Part shown: positions 9,243 through 18,761 of the stretch, piece by piece
Layout: each line of letters opens with the position of its first letter
Numbering within the stretch: position 1 is the first letter of the stretch
Assembly (NCBI GenBank): GCA_034520665.1
Contig: JAXHNJ010000001.1
Location: forward strand, 130,579-194,578
From: Patescibacteria group bacterium
GTDB lineage: Bacteria; Patescibacteriota; Patescibacteriia; JAXHNJ01
Length of the DNA stretch: 64,000 nucleotides
Direction: 5' to 3'
The notes under the pieces: model-generated
Database searches by the model: none
What the model was told of the DNA's origin: nothing
What the model saw: only the letters and a program-made list of their open reading frames with translations
Made by a program: the position numbers and the translations under genes

Positions 9243-10187
9243 TTAGGAATTATCAATTAATTCTGAATTCTCGTCATCGGACCAGTCTTTAAGAGTGGCT
9301 TCTACATAATTTTTAGTAACAACTGGTTTTTTGGTATTAAATTTTTCCGGGTGCTTAATAAATTCTATTCTTACCTTGGCGGCGGTTTCGTCCATAAGGT
9401 CAATAGCTTTGTCAGGAAAACATCTGTCTTTTAGACGTTTATTAGAAAGCATAACACAAGCCGCTAAAGCCTCGTCAGAAATTTTAACACTGTGGTGTTT
9501 TTGGTAGCGGTGGCGCAATCCTTTTAATATTTCCAGGGTTTGATCGCCGCCGGGCTCTTCAATATAGACTGGCTGGAAACGCCTTTCTAAGGTTCGGTCA
9601 TGAGCAATAGATTTTTGGTAATCCTGACGGGTAGTAGCGCCAATAGCTTGCAGCTGTCCACGAGCCAGAGCTGGCTTTAAAATATCAGCGGCGTCAATAG
9701 CGCCAGTAGCTTCACCAGCCTCAGCTAAAGAATGTAATTCATCAATAAATATTATAATATTTCTTTTGGAAGCGATTATTTCGTCAACAATCATTTTTAA
9801 TCTTTTTTCAAATTCACCGCGATATTTAGTACCGGCTACTAAGCCAGACAAATCCAGAGCTAAAACTTTTTTATTGAGTAGGGGACGGGGGATTTGACCT
9901 TTAACAATTTCATTAGCCAATTCTTCAACAATAGCAGTTTTACCGACTCCTGATTTGCCAATTAAAACCGGATTGTTTTTAGTTCGTCTGGTTAAAACTT
10001 GAATAACTCTTTCAATTTCATGGGTTCTTCCAATGACTGGATCAAGTTTTCCAGCTTTAGCTAGAGCGGTTAAATCTTTAGAATAAAGATCCAGAGTATT
10101 GGTTTTAGCTATAGTTTTTTGGCTCCTGTAATAAATAAAAATTACTAAGCCGACAGCCAGAAATCCGATTATATAATAATGGTTCAT
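9243..10187 (-). CDS. ClpA/ClpB/ClpC-type AAA+ D1 nucleotide-binding module with an N-terminal TM helix; no Clp N-domain and no D2
   Basis: ...[41 protein letters not shown]... (Walker A), IIFIDELH (Walker B), ...AIGATT...LERRFQ... is a typical ClpB/ClpC D1. The ORF is only 314 aa and begins with a hydrophobic helix. Confidence 0.75.
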   Translation of the reverse strand: MNHYYIIGFLAVGLVIFIYYRSQKTIAKTNTLDLYSKDLTALAKAGKLDPVIGRTHEIERVIQVLTRRTKNNPVLIGKSGVGKTAIVEELANEIVKGQIPRPLLNKKVLALDLSGLVAGTKYRGEFEKRLKMIVDEIIASKRNIIIFIDELHSLAEAGEATGAIDAADILKPALARGQLQAIGATTRQDYQKSIAHDRTLERRFQPVYIEEPGGDQTLEILKGLRHRYQKHHSVKISDEALAACVMLSNKRLKDRCFPDKAIDLMDETAAKVRIEFIKHPEKFNTKKPVVTKNYVEATLKDWSDDENSELIDNS

Positions 10188-10209
10188 TTGAAATTTTAAA
10201 AATTAATTA

Positions 10210-10413
10210 TTATTTAGTAATTTGATTAACAGTTGTTTGATTTGTGTTTTCCGTTAAATTCGTATCAGTATAAATTCTAGGCAAAACAAAAGTGTAAAAA
10301 GCGGAGAAAAAAGTTAATCCAAGAGTAATAACACCAACACTCACAAAATAGATAACAGAAACTTTTTCGGCCAGTGATTGTTTAGTAATGATTTGAGTTT
10401 TTTCTTTTTTCAT
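10210..10413 (-). CDS. Hypothetical small membrane protein
   Basis: 67-aa ORF with one TM helix, between the AAA gene and the CorA-like gene. Confidence 0.3.
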   Translation of the reverse strand: MKKEKTQIITKQSLAEKVSVIYFVSVGVITLGLTFFSAFYTFVLPRIYTDTNLTENTNQTTVNQITK

Positions 10414-10420
10414 AAATTTT

Positions 10421-11347
10421 TTATAAATATTTACGTTTTTTAAAATATTGCCACATGCCCATAGCCACTACAATTAAAAGCATCAAGATGAGCCAAAAAG
10501 CCCAGGGCAGATTAAGAAAAGGAGTACCCGGAGCACCAATACCAAATAAAGTAGCCACCAGTGTCATAACAAAGATAACTACCGACATAGTGGTAAAGGT
10601 TTTCATAATATCATTCAGCCGGTTAGAAATCAGTGATTCATTAGTGTCTTGCAGAGTTTCAATAGCTTCCTTAAATCCGCCTAAATGATCCCAGATCTCC
10701 TTACTTAATTCTATTAGGTCATTATAATAAATTTTAATTTTTGAACTGGTTGAAAAATTACGGTCTTTAATAACGGCTGCTAATTTTTTGAGAGTATTTT
10801 TATGGGCCTGCATAATTTTTCTAAAATCTGTAATGTTGCGGCGGGTGATTAATAATTCTGAGAGATTTTTTCTTTCATAACCGGCAAATATTTGTTTTTC
10901 AATAGTGCGAATATCAATACTAATATGATCAAGCATGGGGTAACAATAACTAAGTAGTTTATCTAACATTTCATAAAGCAGATAACTTGAGCCGTGAGAC
11001 AAAAGTCTTTGAGAATCTTCATCATCAGTCTGGCATTTTTCATAAAGCTCATTAACCGGCGGTAGTTTGGTATCATGGATAGTAATAATTAGGTTATGAC
11101 CGATAAAAAAGTTTATTTCAGACGGCTCAATTTCGCGAGTCTCACGGTTATAAACTGGGAAAATTAAGACTAAAAATATATAATCTTCGTATTTTTCAAT
11201 TTTTGGTCTTTGTCCAGAAACTAAACAATCCTCTAAATCTAGAGGATGGAAGTTAAAATTATTACGCAAAAAATCAATCTCACCTTTAGTGGCTTCAGAG
11301 ATATTGACCCAACGTAAATTATTCTTTTTTAGTTCCGCTAAACTCAT
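10421..11347 (-). CDS. corA: CorA-like divalent cation transporter homolog with a non-canonical loop (GAPG in place of GMN)
   Basis: Cytoplasmic N-domain plus two C-terminal TM helices: ...FGIGAPGTPFLNLP...MGMWQYFKKRKYL. CorA-like architecture, but the YGMNF signature is absent. Confidence 0.55.
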   Translation of the reverse strand: MSLAELKKNNLRWVNISEATKGEIDFLRNNFNFHPLDLEDCLVSGQRPKIEKYEDYIFLVLIFPVYNRETREIEPSEINFFIGHNLIITIHDTKLPPVNELYEKCQTDDEDSQRLLSHGSSYLLYEMLDKLLSYCYPMLDHISIDIRTIEKQIFAGYERKNLSELLITRRNITDFRKIMQAHKNTLKKLAAVIKDRNFSTSSKIKIYYNDLIELSKEIWDHLGGFKEAIETLQDTNESLISNRLNDIMKTFTTMSVVIFVMTLVATLFGIGAPGTPFLNLPWAFWLILMLLIVVAMGMWQYFKKRKYL

Positions 11348-11639
11348 TTTTTATTTTTATTTTATGGCTAAGTTGCCTCTTTTTTTGTTTTTTTGTTTTT
11401 AAAATCCCAAATGCTTTTTTTGGGACATTATACCTATATTGTAGCATACTTTAGTACTTTTGTAAAGGGCACTTGGTAATGTGCACAGACATATGGCGGT
11501 TTTCTATAAAACGAATTAAGCCAGTAATTGTAATAATAATTGGCTTTCTTTCACGCCTAATGATATTTATCTCCGCCTAATTAAATTTTTATTAAGAGCG
11601 TAGCCGCCAGTCGCGACTGACAGCTACTAGGGTAAAAAA

Positions 11640-11683
11640 CAAAGAAAATAAAAAAAGCCCGGGACAAATAAATGCCACCGGGC
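11640..11683 (-). terminator. Rho-independent terminator after lipoprotein gene 11704..12183
   Basis: On the minus strand: gcccgg-tggcatttatttgt-cccgggc followed by ttttttttattttctttg. Confidence 0.6.
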
Positions 11684-11703
11684 TAAATCTTTTCGGAAGG
11701 ATG

Positions 11704-12183
11704 TTAATTATTAATAACATCCAGTTCAAACGAGCCATAGCCAGGCTCGTTAGCGGCTTTGGGCAGTCTTATAACACTACCCATTATATGACCGTGCATA
11801 CTATAAATACGGCCATCGGCGGCCTGGATTTTAATCCGATGTCCTTTGTTAGTGGACATCGAGATTAAGTAATACCCGGGTTTTAACAAGAGTCTTTTAA
11901 TACCACCTGGCTCAAGTTGCAAATGAATATTTTTAGCTCTACTTTCTTGCAACTTATAATTGTGAGTAGTAGTATTCATATTTTTAGATTTTGATACCCG
12001 GGGGGTAAACTCATTCGAGCTTAAAGGCTCTATGCTTACCCTCCCAATATGTATACTGGGATTGAAAAAAGTAAGATAAGCCTTTTTGTGTCGAGTTATA
12101 CTGTACCTCTTAACATAAGAGGTACAGCCAAATAAACTGGTAATAAAAACTAAAGCGAAGAAAATCAGAATTAATCGTTTCAT
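11704..12183 (-). CDS. Hypothetical lipoprotein (signal peptide plus lipobox LFGC)
   Basis: MKRLILIFFALVFITSLFGCTSY... No family recognised. Confidence 0.5.
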   Translation of the reverse strand: MKRLILIFFALVFITSLFGCTSYVKRYSITRHKKAYLTFFNPSIHIGRVSIEPLSSNEFTPRVSKSKNMNTTTHNYKLQESRAKNIHLQLEPGGIKRLLLKPGYYLISMSTNKGHRIKIQAADGRIYSMHGHIMGSVIRLPKAANEPGYGSFELDVINN

Positions 12184-12197
12184 ATCAGGACCTCCTT

Positions 12198-12665
12198 TTA
12201 GTAGGTTTCAACCACTCCCGGCGGAGTAACATCTAGACTGTGACTAAAAAAAATCGAACCAGAATTTATTTTTATTGGTTCTGAAGTTTTAGCAGTATAG
12301 ACGTTGATTATTTTTATATAAATAATCAAATTAGCCGGCACTTTCACTTTGATTTTTTCGCCTGGCGGGACATCAATGTTGATGTCAAACCTTTTTTTTC
12401 GCAGCTGATGTCCGTTAGCGGCATAAGGCTCAAAACGCCCATACCAGTCATAATAGACATGAACTCTAGACATAACCGAAGAATCTCGGTTATTGAGTTC
12501 AACTTCAGTAATAGGCCAATTCTCTACCCTTCTAATTTTTTCATATCCGGAGTTATCTACTCCGAATTCCGGATGCAGAATATTATCCCGGAAAAACCCA
12601 ACTGAGCAACCTATGTTTAGGCTGATAAATCCGAAAAGAATGAAAAGAACAAAAATCCGTTTCAT
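12198..12665 (-). CDS. Hypothetical lipoprotein (signal peptide plus lipobox NIGCS)
   Basis: MKRIFVLFILFGFISLNIGCSVG...; paired with the adjacent lipoprotein gene. Confidence 0.5.
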   Translation of the reverse strand: MKRIFVLFILFGFISLNIGCSVGFFRDNILHPEFGVDNSGYEKIRRVENWPITEVELNNRDSSVMSRVHVYYDWYGRFEPYAANGHQLRKKRFDINIDVPPGEKIKVKVPANLIIYIKIINVYTAKTSEPIKINSGSIFFSHSLDVTPPGVVETY

Positions 12666-12750
12666 CTCAAGACCTCCTTTTTAAGGGTTCAAATAGATTC
12701 TAATAGATTTAAACAAACTTAACTTAATAGACTAACAAAATAATCTACTT

Positions 12751-12780
12751 TTGTCAAGGAGGGCTGATTTATGGTATAAT
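12751..12780 (+). promoter_or_regulatory. Sigma70-like promoter with extended -10 (TTGTCA, 18 nt spacer, tgGTATAAT)
   Basis: Near-consensus hexamers 24 nt upstream of ORF 12804. Confidence 0.5.
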
Positions 12781-12803
12781 AATATTACAATAATTCTAAA
12801 TAT

Positions 12804-13319
12804 ATGGCTATTGATGAAAAAAATTTAATAAAACAAAGGGAAAGAAAACCAGAAGATTTTGCTACAAAAGACCAAGAAAAAAGAGAAGTAAAAGAATCAG
12901 AACAAGGAAGAGAAAGTGCAGAAAGTCAAAGTGTTTCAGAGGATGAAAAATATAAGCCGGTTAGAAAAACTAGAAGAAGTATCACTGATGAAAAAACAGT
13001 TTCTAAGGCTTTAGAAAAAGGCCAGGAAAAAACCGAACAACGGCGGCAAATAGAAAATATTTTGCAGGAAGATTTGATGGATGTTTATCAAAAAATGGAC
13101 ACTCAGCAAAAGGAAATATTTAAAAAAGAAGGAGAAAAAGCAGCCTCAAAAATAGAAGTTTTAATTAATGATGTTAAGGATAAAACCCGAGAAATATTGG
13201 AAGTGGTTAAGGGCTGGTTAAAACTGATTCCCGGGGTTAATAAATTTTTTCTAGAAAAAGAAGCGAAAATAAAGAGTGATAAAATTTTGAGAATAAAAAA
13301 AGAAAAAAAAGGAGAATAA
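12804..13319 (+). CDS. Hypothetical highly charged (K/E-rich) protein; probably forms an operon with the downstream ATPase
   Basis: 171-aa ORF ending 2 nt before ORF 13322. Low-complexity charged sequence. Confidence 0.45.
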   Translation: MAIDEKNLIKQRERKPEDFATKDQEKREVKESEQGRESAESQSVSEDEKYKPVRKTRRSITDEKTVSKALEKGQEKTEQRRQIENILQEDLMDVYQKMDTQQKEIFKKEGEKAASKIEVLINDVKDKTREILEVVKGWLKLIPGVNKFFLEKEAKIKSDKILRIKKEKKGE

Positions 13320-13321
13320 AA

Positions 13322-15901
13322 ATGTATATTTTTTTACAAGCCTTACTAGATCCTGACAGCGGTGCTTTGCCGACAGTTAATACTATCAAAGACCAAGAAA
13401 ATGGATTTCTGGCTCATCCAGTAATTGGGGCTATTTTTTATATTATTTTATTTTTATTTATTCTGGCGGTGGCAGCTTTTATTATTCGTTATTTTATGCG
13501 ACGCAAATACTATCGCTCTGATTCTTTAAGGCGTGATATAATGCTGGTCACCTTGCCTAAGGAAAGAACCCAGGAAGAAAAAGAAGGCCAGCCCGAATCA
13601 AATATTCAGGAAATGATTGATCAAGTAGAAGTTTGGTACGCCAATATGGGCGGCATGAGAGCCCAGAGGGGGTTAAAGGCTTTTTTCCGTGGCCGGCAGG
13701 ATTTTTTCTCTTTAGAAATAGTGGCTCATGAAGGCTTAATTTCTTTTTATGTGGTCACACCCCATTATTTACAAAATTACATGGAAGAGCAAATTCACGC
13801 CCAGTTTCCCAAAGCCAATATTGAAATAGTGGAAGACCATAATATATTTAAGCCGGATAGTCAGGTGACGGCTACTAATTTAGTTTTTAGGAAAAAATTT
13901 ATATTTCCGATTAAAACCTATAGACATATTGATACAGATCCCTTGAGTGCTTTAACTAACACTCTCTCCAAGTTAGATAATGATGAAGGAGCGGTTATTC
14001 AATTTATTTGTCGGAGTGCTAAGGGTCAGTGGCACAACCAGGGAGCCAAAGTAGCCCGGAAAATGCACGAAGGTAAAAAATTAAAAGAAGCTACTGGAGG
14101 AAGCAGTCGTTTTTTTAATGTTATCAGGGAAATTTATCGGATTTTTGTGCCCAAGAAAGAAGAACAACCTCAAACCCCGGGCCTGGTACAGTTATCAGCC
14201 CGTGATGAAGAAATAGCCAAAAGTATTGAAGAAAAAACCTCGCGAGCTGGTTTTGATGTCAACGTAAGATTAATAGTTTCCTCTAAAACTAAACAAAGAG
14301 CCAATCATATTTTAAAAGGTATTATTGATTCATTTAACCAATATACTCTTTACGAATACGGGAACGGATTTACTAAAAAGGGTTCTTTTAAAATGAATAA
14401 ATTAATCGAGCACTATATCTATCGTACTTTTGATGAAAAAAGAAAGGTAATTTTAAATACCGAAGAAATGGCCAGTTTATTCCATTTTCCTTTAAGTATT
14501 ACTGAAACTCCCAATATTCGCTGGCTGGAAGCTAGAAAAGCCCCAGCTCCGATAAATATTCCAAAAGAAGGTATAATTTTAGGTAAGAATGTTTACCGTA
14601 ATGTAGAAAAGGAAATCCGCATGAAAGTAGAAGACAGGAGAAGACACGCTTATCTTATTGGTATGACCGGTACTGGTAAGTCAGCTTTAATGGAAGAAAT
14701 GGCTAAGCAGGATATTGCCAAAGGCCGGGGGGTTTGCTTGGTCGATCCTCACGGAGATTTAGTGGAAAATGTTTTGCGTTGTGTGCCTAAAGAAAGAGCG
14801 GATGATGTTATAATATTTGATCCATCTGATACAGAGAGACCGATGGGTCTAAATATGCTGGAAGCTAAAGATCCGGCCGAAGCTGATTTTGCGGTTCAGG
14901 AAATGATTGCTATTTTTCATAAACTTTTTCCGCCGGAAATGATTGGCCCTATGTTTGAGCACAATATGAGAAACGTGATGCTTACTTTAATCGCTGATAA
15001 AGAATACCCGGGTACTATTACTGATATTCCCCGGATGTTTTCTGATAAAGACTTTCAGGAGTATAAAGTTAAAAAAGTAGATGATCCTATAGTTAGATCT
15101 TTTTGGGAAAAAGAAATGGCTAAAACCTCGGACTTTCATAAGTCAGAAATGCTGGGTTACTTAATTTCCAAAGTTGGCCGTTTTGTGGAAAATAAAATGA
15201 TGAGAAACATTATTGGCCAATCCAGGTCCGGCTTTAATTTTGATAAAATAATGGATGAAAGTAAGATTTTATTAGTTAGTTTATCAAAGGGCAAAGTAGG
15301 GGAGGTCAATTCTAATTTACTGGGCTTAATTATTGTTTCTAAGCTGCAAATGGCGGCCATGGCCCGGGCTAAAATGCCAGAAGAAGAAAGAAAGGATTTT
15401 TATCTTTATATTGATGAGTTTCAAAATTTTATCACCGATTCTATTGCTACCATATTGTCTGAAGCTAGAAAATACCGGCTTAATTTAACTATGGCTCATC
15501 AGTATCTCGGGCAGTTGGTGGAAAAAGGCGATACTAAAATTAGAGACGCTGTTTTAGGTAATGTCGGCAGCATGATTTCTTTTAGAATTGGGGTTGATGA
15601 TGCGGAAATAATTGCTAAACAATTTTCTCCCACATTTAGTGAATATGACGTGACTAATATTCCTCGGTTTAATGCTTATGTTAAACTTCTAATTGATAAC
15701 AGTGCTTCCAAACCTTTTAATATGGCTACTTATCCGCCACAGCCAGGTAGCCGGGAAATAGCTGAAAAGATAAAAGAGCTCTCACGCCAAAAATTTGCCC
15801 GCCCCGTCAGTGAAGTTGATAGTGAAATTCTAAAAAGAACCAAACTAGGCTCAGAAAAACCAGAAGAGAAATCAATTAAAACTGATTCTGATAGAAAATA
15901 A
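13322..15901 (+). CDS. Membrane-anchored P-loop ATPase of the FtsK/HerA/TraD-VirD4 (type IV coupling protein-like) superfamily
   Basis: N-terminal TM helix (IFYIILFLFILAVAAFII). Walker A is AYLIGMTGTGKSALMEE and Walker B is FYLYIDEFQNF, with a sensor-like MAHQYLGQL. 859 aa. Confidence 0.65.
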   Translation: MYIFLQALLDPDSGALPTVNTIKDQENGFLAHPVIGAIFYIILFLFILAVAAFIIRYFMRRKYYRSDSLRRDIMLVTLPKERTQEEKEGQPESNIQEMIDQVEVWYANMGGMRAQRGLKAFFRGRQDFFSLEIVAHEGLISFYVVTPHYLQNYMEEQIHAQFPKANIEIVEDHNIFKPDSQVTATNLVFRKKFIFPIKTYRHIDTDPLSALTNTLSKLDNDEGAVIQFICRSAKGQWHNQGAKVARKMHEGKKLKEATGGSSRFFNVIREIYRIFVPKKEEQPQTPGLVQLSARDEEIAKSIEEKTSRAGFDVNVRLIVSSKTKQRANHILKGIIDSFNQYTLYEYGNGFTKKGSFKMNKLIEHYIYRTFDEKRKVILNTEEMASLFHFPLSITETPNIRWLEARKAPAPINIPKEGIILGKNVYRNVEKEIRMKVEDRRRHAYLIGMTGTGKSALMEEMAKQDIAKGRGVCLVDPHGDLVENVLRCVPKERADDVIIFDPSDTERPMGLNMLEAKDPAEADFAVQEMIAIFHKLFPPEMIGPMFEHNMRNVMLTLIADKEYPGTITDIPRMFSDKDFQEYKVKKVDDPIVRSFWEKEMAKTSDFHKSEMLGYLISKVGRFVENKMMRNIIGQSRSGFNFDKIMDESKILLVSLSKGKVGEVNSNLLGLIIVSKLQMAAMARAKMPEEERKDFYLYIDEFQNFITDSIATILSEARKYRLNLTMAHQYLGQLVEKGDTKIRDAVLGNVGSMISFRIGVDDAEIIAKQFSPTFSEYDVTNIPRFNAYVKLLIDNSASKPFNMATYPPQPGSREIAEKIKELSRQKFARPVSEVDSEILKRTKLGSEKPEEKSIKTDSDRK

Positions 15902-16176
15902 ATTCTGAATAAAAAAATTGTTCACTTTTATTTTGTTTAAGGCCAGACTCCCAGTAGCCGGTTAATTTTTTATTTGACTAAAATTTAGCTTCCTGATAAT
16001 ATTAGTGAGCTAAAATAAAAATATAAAAAAATAAAAAAATTAAAAAAATCCCACTTCGTAAAATCCTTGATCCGCACCTACGGCGGGATCGGGACAAAAA
16101 TTAAAATTTGATATTTTATAAATAAATATAAAAACGTATAAAATAAAAGAAATAAAAATTAACTAAAAATAAAAAA

Positions 16177-16713
16177 ATGCCTAAACAAAACAAAATTCAG
16201 CTGATAAAAAAATTAATTGATACAGCTCAAGACAGTATTGCCCAGGCCAAATCACTTTTAGCTGAGATGACTGGACAAGCCGGGTCCTCAAAAATGCAGG
16301 AACGAGCCAAGGAAGTGGGCAGCGTTGATATAAATGAAAATGAAAAAATAGTGGAAGGAGTTTTTGACGGACAGAGTATGATCGGACCGGACGGGAAAGA
16401 GTATTCCATTCCTGCTAACTACGCTTCAAAATCTAAATTAGTGGAGGGTGATGTTTTAAAGTTAACCATCATGCCGGATGGTTCTTTTGTTTACAAACAA
16501 ATTAGTCCGGTTGAACGTGACCGCAAAGTGGGCACCTTGATTAAGGATGAAACCACCGGAGATTTTAAAGTATTATCTGATGATAAAACCTATAATGTGC
16601 TTTTTGCTAGCGTTACCTATTATAAAGGCGGTGTCGGGGATGAAGCGGTTATTTTAGCGCCTCGCGAGGGAGACAGCACTTGGGCGGCCGTGGAAAATGT
16701 GATTAAAAAATAG
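16177..16713 (+). CDS. Hypothetical protein
   Basis: 178-aa ORF. No family recognised. Confidence 0.45.
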   Translation: MPKQNKIQLIKKLIDTAQDSIAQAKSLLAEMTGQAGSSKMQERAKEVGSVDINENEKIVEGVFDGQSMIGPDGKEYSIPANYASKSKLVEGDVLKLTIMPDGSFVYKQISPVERDRKVGTLIKDETTGDFKVLSDDKTYNVLFASVTYYKGGVGDEAVILAPREGDSTWAAVENVIKK

Positions 16714-16812
16714 TTATTTTAACTTCAATTTTATATTTTTTATGACTGAGGCCTTGATTTATCAGGTCAAAGTATTGTATTATAAATAAACAACCTATTT
16801 ATAATTTTTTTT

Positions 16813-18423
16813 ATGTCTTTGACTCTTTATCGTAAGTACCGGCCCAAGAATTTTGAAGAATTGGTCGGTCAAAACCACATCAAAGAAACCCTTTTAAATG
16901 AAATTAAAAGTAAAAACTGGGCTCATGCCTATCTTTTTAACGGTCCCAAAGGAGTGGGCAAGACGACCACGGCTCGTCTTTTAGCTAAGGCTGTTAACTG
17001 TCAGCAAAGAAAAGAGGGTGAGCCTTGTAATCAGTGTCAGGCTTGCCAGGAAATAATAAAAGGGCAGGCTTTGGACGTGATTGAAATAGACGCCGCTTCA
17101 CATACCCAGGTGGATAATATTCGGGAAAATATTATTCCCAACGCCCGCACTGTACCTTCAAGGCTGGATTATAAAGTCTTTATAATTGATGAAGTGCACA
17201 TGCTCTCATTATCTGCTTTTAACGCTCTGCTCAAGATACTGGAAGAACCCCCGGCCCATGTTATATTTATTCTGGCTACTACTGAGATTCATAAGCTACC
17301 GGAAACGATTATATCTAGATGCCAGAGATTTGATTTTCAAAATGTTAATCCAAGAGAGGTAAAAAAAAGACTGGAAAAAATTGCCAAAAAAGAAAAGATT
17401 AAAATTGATGACGAGGTTTTATTAACTATTGCTTCTTTGGCTGAAGGTTCAATTCGAGACGCTGAAGTTATACTGGGCCAGGTTTTTTCTCTAGGTGAGA
17501 AAAAAATAACCAAAGAAGTAGCTGAATTAGTTTTACCCCGTTCGAATTTTAAATTAATTTACCAGCTTTTTAAAGCCCTGATAAAAAAGGATAAGACTAA
17601 AAGCATTGAAATCATTAATCAATTGATAAAAGAAGGGGTTGATATTAAAAATTTCACCAAACAGTTTCTGGATTTTTTGCGCAAAGTTCTTTTAATAAAA
17701 GTAGATAAAAGACTGGAGAAATTCTCTTATTTTGAAGTTGAAGATAAATCAGAAGAGGATTTTTATAATTTTATTAAAAGAACGGACTTAAAGGTTTTAA
17801 ATTTAATGATAAATAAACTCTTAAAATACAAAAAAGAAATTAGCTATGTTTCTATACCTCAATTACCGCTGGAATTATTTGCTATAGACATATGTCACTT
17901 TGATGAGGAAAGTAAGCCAATTGATTTTAAAAATAATAATGATAATAATAGTCATTCTAGTCAAAAAAATACTTCATCTTTACCGAAAAAGAAAAGTGAG
18001 AGCTCCAAAGATAAAAATAAATCCAATATAAATACAGAAAGTCAAAAATTAAAATCAAATAAAAATACTCCAGTTTTAAAAAAAGCCTATCAAAAATGGC
18101 CTAATATTATTAGTCATTTAAATAAAAAAAATCATTCCTTAGCCTTAGTTTTAAAAAATTGCCAGCCCATAGAACATAAAGAGGATAAATTAATAATTGG
18201 CTGTAATTTTAAGTTTCATCAGGAAAGATTGAGTGATAATAAAAATATAGTTAAGATAGAAAAGGTAATTGGTAAATTTTTTAAAAAACCCTTGAGAATA
18301 AAATTTGTAATCAGTCAGGTTAATATTAACCGAAAGTCCAGTAAACTTGGGCAAAAAGATAAAAAAAATGAAGACTTTGAGGATGTTCTAAAATCATTTG
18401 ACGGGCAGGTTTTAAAAGCTTAA
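16813..18423 (+). CDS. dnaX: DNA polymerase III subunit gamma/tau
   Basis: YRKYRPKNFEELVGQ...GPKGVGKTT (Walker A), Cys zinc module CQQRKEGEPCNQCQAC, FIIDEVHML, SRCQRF. The C-terminus is K/N-rich. Confidence 0.9.
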   Translation: MSLTLYRKYRPKNFEELVGQNHIKETLLNEIKSKNWAHAYLFNGPKGVGKTTTARLLAKAVNCQQRKEGEPCNQCQACQEIIKGQALDVIEIDAASHTQVDNIRENIIPNARTVPSRLDYKVFIIDEVHMLSLSAFNALLKILEEPPAHVIFILATTEIHKLPETIISRCQRFDFQNVNPREVKKRLEKIAKKEKIKIDDEVLLTIASLAEGSIRDAEVILGQVFSLGEKKITKEVAELVLPRSNFKLIYQLFKALIKKDKTKSIEIINQLIKEGVDIKNFTKQFLDFLRKVLLIKVDKRLEKFSYFEVEDKSEEDFYNFIKRTDLKVLNLMINKLLKYKKEISYVSIPQLPLELFAIDICHFDEESKPIDFKNNNDNNSHSSQKNTSSLPKKKSESSKDKNKSNINTESQKLKSNKNTPVLKKAYQKWPNIISHLNKKNHSLALVLKNCQPIEHKEDKLIIGCNFKFHQERLSDNKNIVKIEKVIGKFFKKPLRIKFVISQVNINRKSSKLGQKDKKNEDFEDVLKSFDGQVLKA

Positions 18424-18547
18424 AAGAATAAAAACAAGTCGAGATCGTCTTCGCCCTTTAATTTTCTTTTGACTTATTTCCTTGGTTCAAGATCAATTTC
18501 GGGCTTCGGCCGATAAAATCTTAATACTAAAATATTATTACATAGTG

Positions 18548-18640
18548 GGGTCGTCTAATGGTCCCGCACCCAATTCTCGTTTTACTCGAATGGGGACGGG
18601 ATAAATAGGAGGCCTGATTCTGGTTCAGGTAATCCTGGTC
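18548..18640 (+). pseudogene. Degenerate partial copy of tRNA-Gln (5' acceptor/D region plus anticodon arm) with a ~45-nt insertion in the D-loop region and no T-arm or 3' acceptor
   Basis: ggggtcgtctaatgg...aggcctgattctggttcaggtaat is identical to the matching parts of the downstream tRNA-Gln. It lacks ttcgaatcc and a 3' acceptor strand. Confidence 0.4.
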
Positions 18641-18761
18641 CGCCCGCCAAAAATTTCTCGATCCGGGGTCGTCTAATGGCAGGACGCCTGATTCTGGTTC
18701 AGGTAATCTTGGTTCGAATCCAAGCCCCGGAGAAATTTTTAGGCGGGTGAAAATCCTGGTC
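18631..18761. mobile_element. MITE-like element carrying tRNA-Gln: 10-bp direct repeats (aatcctggtc at 18631-18640 and 18752-18761) flank a 111-bp segment bounded by ~18-bp inverted repeats
   Basis: IR-L gcccgccaaaaatttctc (18642-18659) and IR-R gagaaatttttaggcggg (18732-18747) are reverse complements with 1-2 mismatches, and they extend the tRNA acceptor stem. Confidence 0.4.
18662..18732 (+). tRNA. tRNA-Gln (anticodon CUG)
   Basis: Cloverleaf: acceptor tccgggg/ccccgga, D-arm cgtc..gacg, anticodon stem cctga/tcagg with loop ttCTGgt, T-arm cttgg-ttcgaat-ccaag. U1:A72 plus G73 discriminator fit bacterial tRNA-Gln identity. CCA is not encoded. Confidence 0.85.

Noticed and set aside
12804-16713. 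Conjugative element or type IV secretion system
   Set aside because: Only a single TraD/VirD4-like ATPase is present. There is no relaxase, VirB4-like ATPase, pilin, integrase or oriT-like repeat in the window, so I do not call a mobile element here.
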